IMG/VR virus record: IMGVR_UViG_3300042485_001470
Span: 1-64,000 of that record
Reading direction: 5' to 3' (one strand)
Length of the DNA stretch: 64,000 bases
Origin: a virus
Positions within the stretch are counted from its first letter, which is position 1, and every line of letters starts with the position of its first letter. Position numbers and translations under genes: made by a program. The notes below the pieces were generated by a model. It was not told the origin of the DNA. It did no database searches and worked only from the letters and a program-made list of their open reading frames with translations. Positions 41,479-51,598 of this stretch are shown here, in pieces.

Positions 41479-41880
41479 ATGGCATTAACATACGAATGGA
41501 AATTAACGGGTTTAAAAAAACAAAATGGTGAAAACTTAAATGATGTAGTTGTTGGTACAAATTGGAAGCTGACTGGCACAGACGAAGATGGATACCAAGG
41601 AACATTTAATGGAGCAACACCATTTAGTATAAGTTCAGTAAATCCAACAAATTTTACAGAATATAATTCATTGACAGAAGAACAAGTATTAGGTTGGGTA
41701 ATGAATCATGTAAGTGGTTCATCTAACACAAATTACATGTCTCATATCAATGAAGTGATTTTAAGAGATATAAATTCTAAAAAATGGACTAGAATGGAAG
41801 TGATGGAAACCGATTTACCTTGGTCACCAACATCAGGAAGTTCAGTAACTCCAGAAATAAGTGGTTCGGCTCCTGTATAG
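41479..41880 (+). CDS. Hypothetical fibre-associated protein
   Basis: TYEWKL..L...DVV...W..TGTD...F..Y..LTEEQVLGWV, a pattern often seen beside phage fibre genes. Confidence 0.6.
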   Translation: MALTYEWKLTGLKKQNGENLNDVVVGTNWKLTGTDEDGYQGTFNGATPFSISSVNPTNFTEYNSLTEEQVLGWVMNHVSGSSNTNYMSHINEVILRDINSKKWTRMEVMETDLPWSPTSGSSVTPEISGSAPV

Positions 41881-41906
41881 TAGAATAGTTAAATTTTAAA
41901 CTTTAT

Positions 41907-41944
41907 AAATATCCAAAGCATTATATTATGTTTTGGATATTTTT
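41907..41944 (+). terminator. Hairpin/terminator before sheath gene
   Basis: AAATATCCAAAGCA...TGTTTTGGATATTT inverted repeat with T tail. Confidence 0.6.
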
Positions 41945-41948
41945 GTTA

Positions 41949-41956
41949 TATTTATA
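41949..41956 (+). promoter_or_regulatory. Putative late-promoter motif TATTTATA
   Basis: Just after the hairpin, 54 nt upstream of sheath ATG. Confidence 0.55.
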
Positions 41957-42010
41957 TGTGTATTTCATAACTAGCAAATACAAACTTAAAATACAAATTG
42001 TAGAAATAAA

Positions 42011-44338
42011 ATGGCAGAAAGAATCGTATCACCTGGCGTATTCACAAGAGAAAATGACCTTTCCTTCTTAGCGCAAGGAATTGGTGAAATTGGAGCAGCA
42101 TTTATAGGACCTTTTAAGCAAGGACCTGCATTTGTTCCAACTATTGTTAGAACGCAATCAGAGTTTGAAGAAATCTTCGGAACTCCTGATGGAACTTATT
42201 ATACTGAACACGCAGTACAAAACTATTTAAGAGAAGCTGGAACTGCTACCATCGTAAGAGTTGGTGGTATTGGTGGTTACACCCAAGTTGCACCTTTAGG
42301 TATTTTTGCTTCTGGTTCATCTAACCAAAGTTTAGGTACTAAACTAATTGGAGTATTATATTCAACGCAAGTTGGAGATGAAGGTGTTGGATTTGCATCA
42401 TCAACAATAGTTAGTAACGATGCAACCGATGGTTCATTTGTAATTAATACATTGGCTGCAGGTGTAAACGTATCTGCATCTATTTTACCAACCGCTACTA
42501 ACGATTTAGCAGATGTGTTTGGTGAATCTCCATTTGGTTCAAAGGCTGGTTATGCATACACTTACTTTGAAAATATTGCAGCTTTATATACTGGTTCTTT
42601 GGGAAACAATATTGTAGTATCTACTAATTCATTACCATCTCAAGTATATGGTGATATTAAAACTGCAAGAACTCCGTATGTTAAATCTCAATTAATTAGT
42701 GGTGAAAGATATGACCTTTTCCGTTTTGTAACTTTAGGACATGGTACATTATATAATACTAAATTTAAAATTGGTATCTCTAATGTAAAAGCAGCTGGTG
42801 AAGATGGTTCAACTGATTACGCAACATTTACTGTAACAGTTCGTTCATTTGTTGATACCGATAAGAGAAAGAGTGTTGTTGAAACATTTAACAATGTAAA
42901 CTTAGACCCTGCTTCTCCAAACTATATTGCTAAAAGAATTGGTGATAGATGGAATGAAATTGCATCTGATGGAAAAATAACTGAAAATGGTGATTATACA
43001 AACAGATCAAAATTTGTAAGAGTTGAAATGGCACAAAATAGTGTTGGAAATCCAATTTCAGCAGCACCATTTGGACATGGAGCATATATAAACCCAATTA
43101 CAGCAGATAATGATTCGGAGGCACAACAAATACCAGCGGTAGTTTATCAAACTGGTTCTCTAGTTAATACATCATCATCTCCAATATATTTTAGTGGATT
43201 TGATTTTGAAACAATTGGAGTGGCCGATGATAATAAACAATATTTAAAACCAATTCCTGAAAGTGCACAAATTGGAGCAAACCAAATATTTGCGTTTGAT
43301 TCTAATGGTGGATTGAGCTTAGGAGCTCTTACAGGTTCTGCATCTACTGATATGGTTAAGAGACAATTCGTTCTTGGATTCCAAGAAGGTTTTGATGGAT
43401 TGAACCCAACGGTAAAGGCTAATTTAGGTTTAGATATAGAAGCGGCAAACACACAAGGTTTCAACTGCGCAAATGCAGGAACAACAGGTACACAGGCATA
43501 CACTAAAGCAATTAACGCTATATCAAACGCAGATGAATATGATATTAACTTAGTTGTAACTCCTGGTATCATCCGTTCTTTACACCCAACTATTACTAAT
43601 AGAGTAATTGATATGGTTGAAGATAGACAAGATTGTTTCTATATTGCTGATTTTGTAGAAGCAGATGCATCTATAACTGAAGTAACTGAAAAAGCAAATG
43701 AAGTAGATTCTAACTATGTGGCAACATACTACCCTTGGATTAAGACGGTAGATGCTAATACAAACAAATTAATATCAGTTCCACCATCAGTATTGATGCC
43801 GGCTGTATTCGCTGCAAACGATAGATTGGCAGCTGAATGGTTCGCACCTGCTGGTTTAAATAGAGGTGGTATCATCGGAGCAGTTAGTGTATTGAATAGA
43901 TTAACACACTCTGAAAGAGATACTCTTTATGAGAACAAAGTGAACCCAATCGCAGCATTCCCTGGACAAGGTATTGTAGCATTTGGACAGAAGACATTGC
44001 AAGATAAGGCTTCAGCATTAGATAGAATCAACGTAAGAAGATTACTTATCACTGTTAAGAAGTTCATCGCTTCAACATCTCGTTTCTTAGTATTCGAACA
44101 AAATACTTCTACAACTAGAGGAAGATTCTTAAACACTGTAAACCCTTACTTAGAAGCAATTCAACAAAGACAAGGTTTATACGCTTTCAGAGTTGTAATG
44201 GATGAGAGTAACAACACACCTGATGTAATTGATAGAAACATATTAGCAGGACAAATTTTCTTACAACCGGCTAAGACCGCTGAATTCATCGTAATTGATT
44301 TCAACATCTTACCAACTGGAGCAAGTTTTAACGCTTAA
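42011..44338 (+). CDS. Contractile tail sheath protein (T4 gp18-like)
   Basis: SPGVFTREND...AFIGPFKQGP; YYPW...VPPS...WFAPAGLNRG...NKVNPI..FPGQG...GQKT...RINVRRL...FEQN. Confidence 0.95.
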   Translation: MAERIVSPGVFTRENDLSFLAQGIGEIGAAFIGPFKQGPAFVPTIVRTQSEFEEIFGTPDGTYYTEHAVQNYLREAGTATIVRVGGIGGYTQVAPLGIFASGSSNQSLGTKLIGVLYSTQVGDEGVGFASSTIVSNDATDGSFVINTLAAGVNVSASILPTATNDLADVFGESPFGSKAGYAYTYFENIAALYTGSLGNNIVVSTNSLPSQVYGDIKTARTPYVKSQLISGERYDLFRFVTLGHGTLYNTKFKIGISNVKAAGEDGSTDYATFTVTVRSFVDTDKRKSVVETFNNVNLDPASPNYIAKRIGDRWNEIASDGKITENGDYTNRSKFVRVEMAQNSVGNPISAAPFGHGAYINPITADNDSEAQQIPAVVYQTGSLVNTSSSPIYFSGFDFETIGVADDNKQYLKPIPESAQIGANQIFAFDSNGGLSLGALTGSASTDMVKRQFVLGFQEGFDGLNPTVKANLGLDIEAANTQGFNCANAGTTGTQAYTKAINAISNADEYDINLVVTPGIIRSLHPTITNRVIDMVEDRQDCFYIADFVEADASITEVTEKANEVDSNYVATYYPWIKTVDANTNKLISVPPSVLMPAVFAANDRLAAEWFAPAGLNRGGIIGAVSVLNRLTHSERDTLYENKVNPIAAFPGQGIVAFGQKTLQDKASALDRINVRRLLITVKKFIASTSRFLVFEQNTSTTRGRFLNTVNPYLEAIQQRQGLYAFRVVMDESNNTPDVIDRNILAGQIFLQPAKTAEFIVIDFNILPTGASFNA

Positions 44339-44359
44339 TACGAATTTAAGGTAACTTGA

Positions 44360-44367
44360 TATTTATT
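44360..44367 (+). promoter_or_regulatory. Variant late-promoter motif TATTTATT
   Basis: 25 nt upstream of tube ATG. Confidence 0.45.
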
Positions 44368-44392
44368 AATATAAAAATAAAAGGATAATAAA

Positions 44393-44887
44393 ATGGCAGA
44401 AATACTAGAGTTTGATAAGATGTTCTATACGAACTTCGAACCTAAGATGAAAAATAGATATGTGATGGAAATGACAGATGTAGGCATTCCAGCATATATG
44501 GTTAAGGCGGCAGCTAGACCTTCAATTAACTTTGAACCCGTTGTGTTAGACCACATCAACATTAAAAGAAAGTTGCAAGGTAAGGGTGAGTGGCAAGATA
44601 TTACCATTACATTATATGACCCGATTGTTCCATCTGGAGCACAAGCTGTAATGGAGTGGATACGTTTAGGACACGAATCTATAACTGGTAGACGTGGATA
44701 TGCAGATTTCTATAAAAAAGATATTGATTTCTATATGCTAGGTCCTGTTGGTGATAAAATCGAACAATGGAAACTAAAAGGTGCATTTATTGTATCTGCA
44801 AACTTTGGTGATGTTGCATTTGATTCAAATGAAGTAGCAACTATTGAATTAACATTGGCTTACGATTACGCTATACTTGAATTCTAA
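44393..44887 (+). CDS. Tail tube protein (T4 gp19-like)
   Basis: EPK.KNRY...RPS...GKGEWQDITITLYDPI...WKLKGAF...IELTLAYDYA; follows sheath. Confidence 0.9.
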   Translation: MAEILEFDKMFYTNFEPKMKNRYVMEMTDVGIPAYMVKAAARPSINFEPVVLDHINIKRKLQGKGEWQDITITLYDPIVPSGAQAVMEWIRLGHESITGRRGYADFYKKDIDFYMLGPVGDKIEQWKLKGAFIVSANFGDVAFDSNEVATIELTLAYDYAILEF

Positions 44888-44917
44888 AAATATTCCTTAC
44901 GGAAGCTACCGAAGGAC

Positions 44918-44947
44918 AACCCTCATCAGAAATGGTGGGGGTTTTTT
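44918..44947 (+). terminator. Intrinsic terminator after tube gene
   Basis: AACCCTCATCA-GAAA-TGGTGGGGGTT followed by T run. Confidence 0.8.
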
Positions 44948-44971
44948 ATTTCCAATTTTTTAAAAACTATG

Positions 44972-44979
44972 TATTTATA
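44972..44979 (+). promoter_or_regulatory. Putative late-promoter motif TATTTATA
   Basis: 28 nt upstream of ATG 45008. Confidence 0.6.
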
Positions 44980-45007
44980 TATACAAACTTAAAAAAGATA
45001 TAAAGTT

Positions 45008-45823
45008 ATGGCAGAAGTTAATATTGCACAACAAAATCCAACCCCTACACAGGTTGAAAAAGGTAAATTTGATTTTCCTACAGAAGTAATCGAATTACCA
45101 TCAAAAGGATTACTATATCCAGAAGGACATCCTCTTAGAAAAGGTACTTGTGAATTAAAGTATATGACAGCAAGAGAAGAAGATATTCTTGCAAATACAA
45201 ACCTTATTAAGAAAGGTATTGTATTAGATAAATTGTTTGAATCAGTAGTTGTTGAACCGGGTGTTAATCCAAATGATATTTTTATTGGTGATAAAAACGC
45301 TATCCTAATGGCAACTCGTATTTTGGGATATGGGGCTGATTATCAAATAGAAATGACAGATAAATTTTCATCAGAAAAGCAAGCTGTTACTATTGATTTG
45401 GGTAAAGTACAAACTAAAGATTTTGATGAATCTATATTGAATCCAAAAAATAGATATAGTTTTAAGTTACCAACAATGGGTACTCAACTTATTTTTAAAT
45501 TATTAACACATGGTGATGAGCAAGAAATAACTAGAGAAGTACAAGCTTTAGAAAAATTAAATAAGAATTCAGGCGCTTCATTTGATGTAACAACTCGTTT
45601 GAAATATATGATTGTTTCAGTTGATGGCAATGAAGATAGAGGTTTTGTAAACAGATGGATAACTAACTCATTCTTAGCAAAAGATACTAAAGCATTTAGA
45701 GCTTATGTTAAAGAATTATCACCTGATTTGGATATGAAATTCCAATTTACATCAGATGTTACTGGCGAGACGGAGGCGCTGGATATACCATTTGGGATTA
45801 ACTTTTTTTACCCTTCCAACTGA
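45008..45823 (+). CDS. Tail/baseplate-hub assembly chaperone (T4 gp26-like)
   Basis: IELPSKGLLYP...YMTAREEDIL...GDKNAILMATRILGYG..Y; ends FFYP; lies between tube and tape measure. Confidence 0.75.
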   Translation: MAEVNIAQQNPTPTQVEKGKFDFPTEVIELPSKGLLYPEGHPLRKGTCELKYMTAREEDILANTNLIKKGIVLDKLFESVVVEPGVNPNDIFIGDKNAILMATRILGYGADYQIEMTDKFSSEKQAVTIDLGKVQTKDFDESILNPKNRYSFKLPTMGTQLIFKLLTHGDEQEITREVQALEKLNKNSGASFDVTTRLKYMIVSVDGNEDRGFVNRWITNSFLAKDTKAFRAYVKELSPDLDMKFQFTSDVTGETEALDIPFGINFFYPSN

Positions 45824-46022
45824 TTATAAAATAATTCTTCATTCTCAAATTTGGGAAATGGTTCAATTTGGTAATGGATTTACTTGGTCAGAGGTTTATC
45901 ACATGCCATCATACCTTCGTAAATTTTATTTTAATAAGTTAATAGAACTTAAGAAAAAAGAAGCAGAAGAACATAAAAAGGCTCAGTCAAAAATGAAATC
46001 AAATAAAGTGAGGATACGTTAA
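45804..46022 (+). CDS. Second tail-chaperone segment (T4 gp51-like); start uncertain (frameshift product or ATG 45858)
   Basis: GFTWSEVYHMPSYLRKFYFNKL..LKKKE; overlaps upstream gene in the +1 frame across a T7 run. Confidence 0.65.
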   Translation, partial: FFTLPTDYKIILHSQIWEMVQFGNGFTWSEVYHMPSYLRKFYFNKLIELKKKEAEEHKKAQSKMKSNKVRIR

Positions 46023-46037
46023 TATCCTCACTTTTTT
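46005..46037 (+). terminator. Intrinsic terminator
   Basis: AAAGTGAGGATA-CGTTAA-TATCCTCACTTT plus T run. Confidence 0.8.
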
Positions 46038-46046
46038 ATTTGCCGA

Positions 46047-46054
46047 TATTTATA
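46047..46054 (+). promoter_or_regulatory. Putative late-promoter motif TATTTATA
   Basis: 19 nt upstream of ATG 46074. Confidence 0.6.
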
Positions 46055-46073
46055 CAATATAAACATTCTAATT

Positions 46074-46283
46074 ATGGAAAATAATAAAAAACAAGTTAAA
46101 GAAGGTATATTCGATGCAGCTGATAAATTTGTAACTAAATTTTTTGATGGTTTGTCAAATGGAGCTGCTAATAGCATTATTAGAAAAGCTGAACAGGCTA
46201 AATTACCAAAAGAAGCAATCGATAGGATGAAAAAAATGGAAAAAGATGCAGAAGAATTTAGAAAATTTTTAGATTCTTTATAA
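46074..46283 (+). CDS. Small hypothetical protein
   Basis: 69-aa helical ORF with its own TATTTATA motif. Confidence 0.6.
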   Translation: MENNKKQVKEGIFDAADKFVTKFFDGLSNGAANSIIRKAEQAKLPKEAIDRMKKMEKDAEEFRKFLDSL

Positions 46284-46305
46284 TCTACATTAGATAATTT
46301 TATAA

Positions 46306-49101
46306 ATGGCAAAAGCAAAAAATACACAAAAGGGACAACAGCTAGAATTATTCCCTACACCCGCCGCAGCACCTGCTGCACCTGCTGCTGCTGCGCAAGA
46401 ACTTAAACTTTCTGAAAGAATTGCACAAAAAAGAGCAGAAATTAATAAATTACTAGAAAAGGGTGAAGAAATTACTGAAGCTGAATTAGAGTTAGTTAGA
46501 AAAGAAGAAATTGCTTTAGCAAAATTAGAAAAACAACAAAAGAAAGTATTAGAGGGTAGGCGTACCAATGAACAGAAACAACTAGATATAAATTCAGCAG
46601 TAAAGGAAGAATTAGGTTCTCTGGCATCAATCAGTAAAGTATATGGCGGTTTAACAACAGCCCAATCAAATACTTTAACTACACATCAAAAATCATTAAC
46701 GGCGGTATTAGCACAAGAAAGCGCAACCCAAGAGCAATATGAATTTGCTCAAAATCATGTTGCGGAAATGTCAAAGATGTTTGCATTGCAACAGCAGCTT
46801 GCTCAATTGGGTCCTGAACAAGTAGCTGAACGAGAAGCAATAAATGCAAAAATTGACGTTCAGAATGATAAAATGGAGCAATCTATTGCACATGCAAAGG
46901 GTATGGGTTATATAACCGAAGACCAAGCTAAGGCGATGAACGATGGACGAGTTGCTGCACTGAAAAACAACTCAATAGCGGAAAAGTATGCAACAATTAG
47001 TGCAGAGACAAAAGAAGTAATAGAGGGACAGATTCAGGCGTATGAAGCCATAAAAAAATCAATTAGGGGTGTAATTGGTACTGTCAAATTACTTACTATG
47101 GGATGGGCAGGTGTTGCTAGAATAACATTGATGGGTGCTGGGGCAGCTATCTCAAAAGTAGGAAAAACAATCAGAGAGATGGGTGGGTACTTGGGGGGTG
47201 CAACTATATCTGCTACTGCGTTGGGAACTGTATTTGATTCCGCTAATGATGTTGCTAAGGGATTATCAGAAGAAATGGGTGGTTTGAATGATGTATCATT
47301 TCAAGCTCAACTCAATACAAACCTTATGGCCACTAATATGGGTATAAGTGGAACTGAAGCAGCAAAATTAACTGGTAATCTAGCTCGTTTAAATGGTAAT
47401 AGTATTGAAACTGCACAAAACCTAGCAAATGGAGCCAAAGAAATGGCAAAAACTGCCGGAGTAGTCCCAGCAGCTGTAATGGCTGATATGGCAGCATCTG
47501 CTGAAGAATTTGCACTATTTGGTAAGGATGGTGGAAAGAATATGCAAGAAGCCGCAGTTCAAGCCGCTAAGATGGGTGTTAGTTTAAAAACTATGGGTGG
47601 CGTTGCCGATAACCTTTTAGATTTTGAAACTTCTATTAATAGTGAATTGGAATTGGGGGCAATGCTCGGTAAAAATATTAATTTAGATAGAGCAAGGGCA
47701 TTAGCATACGAAGGAGATATAGCAGGAGCTACTCAAGAAACATTGAATGCATTAGGTGGTGTTGATGAGTTTAATAAAATGGATTATTTCCAAAAGAAAA
47801 AAACAGCCGAATTATTAGGTACTTCCGTTGAAGAATTACAAAAAATGGTTACCCAACAGGAAGAAGCAGCAACATTAGGTGGGCAAATAGATGGAACATT
47901 CAATTCAATGACGGAAGGATTAACTGCATTAACAACAGGCCCTTTAGGTGGATTTGTTTCTGGGTTGAGTGGTGCAATTGGACAAACATCGGAAATAGCA
48001 GGTAACTTTAAATCAGCTGGTGATTTTGCAAAAGAGACGTTTGGTAAAGCAAAAGATTTTTTTGGAGGAAAAAAACCTGATGTACCTGACTTACCAAAAA
48101 ATTCTACAGAATCAATAACAGATTCAGTTACATCATCTGGTGATTCTGGTGGTAAAGTATCAGGTCCTGGAGAAAAAGCTGGTGATGGTCTAAAAAGTTT
48201 AGCAGAAGGTTTAGAAAAAATGGGTACTACAAAAGTATTATTTGGTGCATTGAACTTAATACCAACTGCATTGGGTTTACTTCTTATGGTAGTTGGTATT
48301 CCATCATTAATGGCAATTGGTGCATTTGGTCTTAATGCTGGAATGGGATTACTATATCTTGCTGAAGGCTTAGAAAAAATGGGCACTACACAGGTATTAT
48401 TTGGTGCATTGAATTTAATACCAACTGCATTAGGATTTGCTTTAATGACACTTGGTGTAATTGGATTAGCAGGTGTTGCACTTTTAGGTGCACCAGCTGG
48501 GGCAGGATTAGTCGCATTAGGTAGTGGATTGGCATCATTTGGAGCAACGGCTGGGACTGTAGGATGGTTGGGAGTTGCCGTAATTTTGGCATTAGGAGCC
48601 GCTTTTACATTATTTGCATTTGGATTGAGTTTATTAGCACCATTAGTTGAATCAATTGGAAACGCAATTGGTAGTGTTGTAGAATCAATAGCAGCCGGTA
48701 TTGTTATGATTGTTTCAAGTATAAGTGATTTATTGGTTAATGTATTACCATTACTTAATTTAGAAGCAGCGGCTGGAATTCTAGCGATGGCAGCTTCATT
48801 TACGGTATTAGCAGGTTCATTGGCATTGTTAAGCACTATGGGATTAGCAGCCATTCCTGTATTATTAGCGGTTGGTGCAGTTGGTGCAGTTGGAGCAAGT
48901 ATATTTGGTGGTGGTGAAGAAGGAGCCGAAGGGGCTGATGGTGGTGGTGATAGAACTGGTGAGTTAATTGATGAGATAAAAGGATTGAGAGCAGATTTAA
49001 TAGCTGGTAAAATAGCCGTAAATATAGATGGCCAAAAGGTTACTTCTAATGTAGGTAAAGTTGTATCTAGAATTAGTTCAAATTCATACGCTAAAGTATA
49101 A
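46306..49101 (+). CDS. Tape measure protein (931 aa)
   Basis: Ala/Gly-rich helical; LLDFETSINSELE...LGKNINLDRARALA; duplicated LAEGLEKMGTT.VLFGALNLIPTALG; hydrophobic segments; C-terminal VNIDGQKV. Confidence 0.85.
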   Translation: MAKAKNTQKGQQLELFPTPAAAPAAPAAAAQELKLSERIAQKRAEINKLLEKGEEITEAELELVRKEEIALAKLEKQQKKVLEGRRTNEQKQLDINSAVKEELGSLASISKVYGGLTTAQSNTLTTHQKSLTAVLAQESATQEQYEFAQNHVAEMSKMFALQQQLAQLGPEQVAEREAINAKIDVQNDKMEQSIAHAKGMGYITEDQAKAMNDGRVAALKNNSIAEKYATISAETKEVIEGQIQAYEAIKKSIRGVIGTVKLLTMGWAGVARITLMGAGAAISKVGKTIREMGGYLGGATISATALGTVFDSANDVAKGLSEEMGGLNDVSFQAQLNTNLMATNMGISGTEAAKLTGNLARLNGNSIETAQNLANGAKEMAKTAGVVPAAVMADMAASAEEFALFGKDGGKNMQEAAVQAAKMGVSLKTMGGVADNLLDFETSINSELELGAMLGKNINLDRARALAYEGDIAGATQETLNALGGVDEFNKMDYFQKKKTAELLGTSVEELQKMVTQQEEAATLGGQIDGTFNSMTEGLTALTTGPLGGFVSGLSGAIGQTSEIAGNFKSAGDFAKETFGKAKDFFGGKKPDVPDLPKNSTESITDSVTSSGDSGGKVSGPGEKAGDGLKSLAEGLEKMGTTKVLFGALNLIPTALGLLLMVVGIPSLMAIGAFGLNAGMGLLYLAEGLEKMGTTQVLFGALNLIPTALGFALMTLGVIGLAGVALLGAPAGAGLVALGSGLASFGATAGTVGWLGVAVILALGAAFTLFAFGLSLLAPLVESIGNAIGSVVESIAAGIVMIVSSISDLLVNVLPLLNLEAAAGILAMAASFTVLAGSLALLSTMGLAAIPVLLAVGAVGAVGASIFGGGEEGAEGADGGGDRTGELIDEIKGLRADLIAGKIAVNIDGQKVTSNVGKVVSRISSNSYAKV

Positions 49102-49103
49102 CG

Positions 49104-51587
49104 ATGGGAAAAAGTATTGAAGAATTATTTAAAACAAAACAATTGGTAGATGGTAAAACAGCTGCCGAAAAATACGAAATTCGTAATAGTAAAGATATAG
49201 AATTACGTGCATCTACGGGTGCTATGAATTTACCATTCAAAGGAGCACAAATACTAAGAAGAAATTTATCATCAAGAACAAGAGAAACCCGATTAGAAGA
49301 AGAAGTAACAGGATTAAGAATTATATCTAAGCTAGCAGGCCCTATTATATATGGTACTGATATTTTTAAATTAAGTACACAAAAAACTGAAATGGTTTCC
49401 GTAATGAAAGATTCGGTAAACCCAAACAATTCAGCAGATAGTGGTCTTTTGGGAAACGCATTTGAAAAGGGAAAAACAAAAGGATTAGAATTATTAAGTA
49501 AACTAGGCGTACAACTTCCACAAAAACTAATACCAACTCGTATATTTTTAAATAAGGAATTTAAAGCAGGTAAAGAGCCAGATACTATGGCTACACTTGC
49601 TAAAATAAAAGGAGATGGTGCTGGTAATTTGGCTGGAAAGTTTTTAGCTCAAAATGCAAAAGGAACTCCTAAACAAATAGGTAACCAGGTATTAGGTGGT
49701 GGTATTGGTTTATTAAAAGGTGAAGTTAAGAAAAAATTATTTGGAGCACCAAAGCAAGGTGCACAAAATCTTGCCAAAAAAGGAGATACTGAAGTTCAAT
49801 ACGATAGTACTGCAAAATATTCCGATACTGTAAACCCAATTGATGAAGATTATTTCAAAAGAAATGACCTTTCATCTATATTAGTGGCACAAGATACAAA
49901 AGAGAATGCTGACCAGGCTGTTAAAAAAAGAGTTGATGAAATAGTCCCTAAAGGAAAATCTATAAATGCTTCAAAAAATCCATTTGCTAAGTTAGGTGAA
50001 AAAATTGGAGATATTAAAAAAGAAGGTGAGCAAAAATTATCACAAGCAAAAAAAGTAGGACAGCAAGAATTATCAGCTGGTAAAAAAGTTGGTGATACTA
50101 AAAGTGGAGGTTCATCTACTGGGGCGGATTCGATAATTAGATATTCTGATACTGTTGATGAAACACAGGATGATGCAAAATTAAGAAATGACCTTTCTAC
50201 TTTACTTCTATCAAAAAAACAAAAGGAAACAGAATCTCCTGATAATAAAAAGCAAATTGATGCAATAAAAGGTAATCTGGGGGCTTTAAATGTAAAGCAA
50301 AATCCATTCGCAAAATCATCAGATAAAGTTAAATCAGCAGATGGTGACACAAAAAATGGTTTACAATCTGGTAGAAAATTAGGACAGCAATCGATTGCAA
50401 CTGGTAAAAAAATTGGTGAAACTGCTGATACGGCTGCTGGTGTAATTATATACTCTAATACCGTAGATGAAACACAGGATGATGTAAAATTAAGAAATGA
50501 TTTATCAACAAAATTACAAGCATTAATGCAAGCAAGTAGTGCAGTAACTGCCCAAGGGGGTACTATTTCTGGTCTATCAAGATCCGATGTTACTCAAAAT
50601 ATGTATTCAACGAAAAAAAATAAAAGTACAAAACTGGGTAGAAAAGATGTACCATCGGTATCTTTAAAAACAAAATATGGTATAGAAAGTTCAAATAAGT
50701 TAGATTTTTTAAATGAAAAAACAACATACACATCTGACCCCCTTAAACTAAGTGATGGTACGACATTAGATGACCATGATTTTATAGTACTTAAATTTAA
50801 ATCAATAGCAACTGGAGAAGTGGCAAGTTTTAGAGCAACTGTAACTGGAATATCTGAAACAGTATCACCTTCATGGGATAGTGCAAAATTTATAGGTTCT
50901 CCGTTTAATTATTATACATACTCAAGTATAGAAAGAAGTGTAAGTTTTAATTTCAAAATGTATTCAACAACCCCTACACAACATATAGCATGTTGGCAAC
51001 GATTAAACTTTTTAACTGGTTTGACATATCCGCAAGGTTATTCGGGACCATACGCAACTCCTCCTTTTGTAGAATTTACATTGGGTAGTCTTTATAAACG
51101 TAAAGCCACCTTTATTGAATCTTTATCATATACTATGGATGACAACGGAGGATGGGAAATAGGTAATACTTTAGGATTACTCAGTGAAAAAGTAAAAGTC
51201 AATGGTAAAGATGTTTCTATGAAAGATTATAAGTTACCAATGGTTGTAGATGTTTCAATAACTTTAAAAATATTGGAATCAAAAAGTACAACTGATAGTA
51301 AACAATTTTATGGATTTTCTAGATTGGGTGCAAATAATTCAGTTAAGCCAACGGATACTAAAGGAAACACATCAACTAATGCACAAAAATCAGGCGATGC
51401 AAATATATCAACGGACTCAACTAAAGTTGAATCATCAGAAACTATCAAACAAAGTAACGTAAAAAGTTTGAATAGTAAAGAAACTAATAAACAAACTGAT
51501 AATAATTCTGCAATCCCTAGCTTCATAAAATTTGATGGTTATGGTGGTGGTGATTTTGGTGGCGGCGGAGCTGGTGATAGTTTTTAA
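49104..51587 (+). CDS. Baseplate / tail-tube initiator-like protein with N-terminal repeats
   Basis: C-terminal FRATVTGISETVSPSW....FIG....YTYSSIERSVSFNF...PPFVEFTLG; three YS.TV.E..D...RNDLS repeats. Confidence 0.65.
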   Translation: MGKSIEELFKTKQLVDGKTAAEKYEIRNSKDIELRASTGAMNLPFKGAQILRRNLSSRTRETRLEEEVTGLRIISKLAGPIIYGTDIFKLSTQKTEMVSVMKDSVNPNNSADSGLLGNAFEKGKTKGLELLSKLGVQLPQKLIPTRIFLNKEFKAGKEPDTMATLAKIKGDGAGNLAGKFLAQNAKGTPKQIGNQVLGGGIGLLKGEVKKKLFGAPKQGAQNLAKKGDTEVQYDSTAKYSDTVNPIDEDYFKRNDLSSILVAQDTKENADQAVKKRVDEIVPKGKSINASKNPFAKLGEKIGDIKKEGEQKLSQAKKVGQQELSAGKKVGDTKSGGSSTGADSIIRYSDTVDETQDDAKLRNDLSTLLLSKKQKETESPDNKKQIDAIKGNLGALNVKQNPFAKSSDKVKSADGDTKNGLQSGRKLGQQSIATGKKIGETADTAAGVIIYSNTVDETQDDVKLRNDLSTKLQALMQASSAVTAQGGTISGLSRSDVTQNMYSTKKNKSTKLGRKDVPSVSLKTKYGIESSNKLDFLNEKTTYTSDPLKLSDGTTLDDHDFIVLKFKSIATGEVASFRATVTGISETVSPSWDSAKFIGSPFNYYTYSSIERSVSFNFKMYSTTPTQHIACWQRLNFLTGLTYPQGYSGPYATPPFVEFTLGSLYKRKATFIESLSYTMDDNGGWEIGNTLGLLSEKVKVNGKDVSMKDYKLPMVVDVSITLKILESKSTTDSKQFYGFSRLGANNSVKPTDTKGNTSTNAQKSGDANISTDSTKVESSETIKQSNVKSLNSKETNKQTDNNSAIPSFIKFDGYGGGDFGGGGAGDSF

Positions 51588-51598
51588 ATATATTAATT

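Noticed and set aside
47784-48854. 356-aa minus-strand ORF
   Set aside because: Antisense to the hydrophobic part of the tape measure gene
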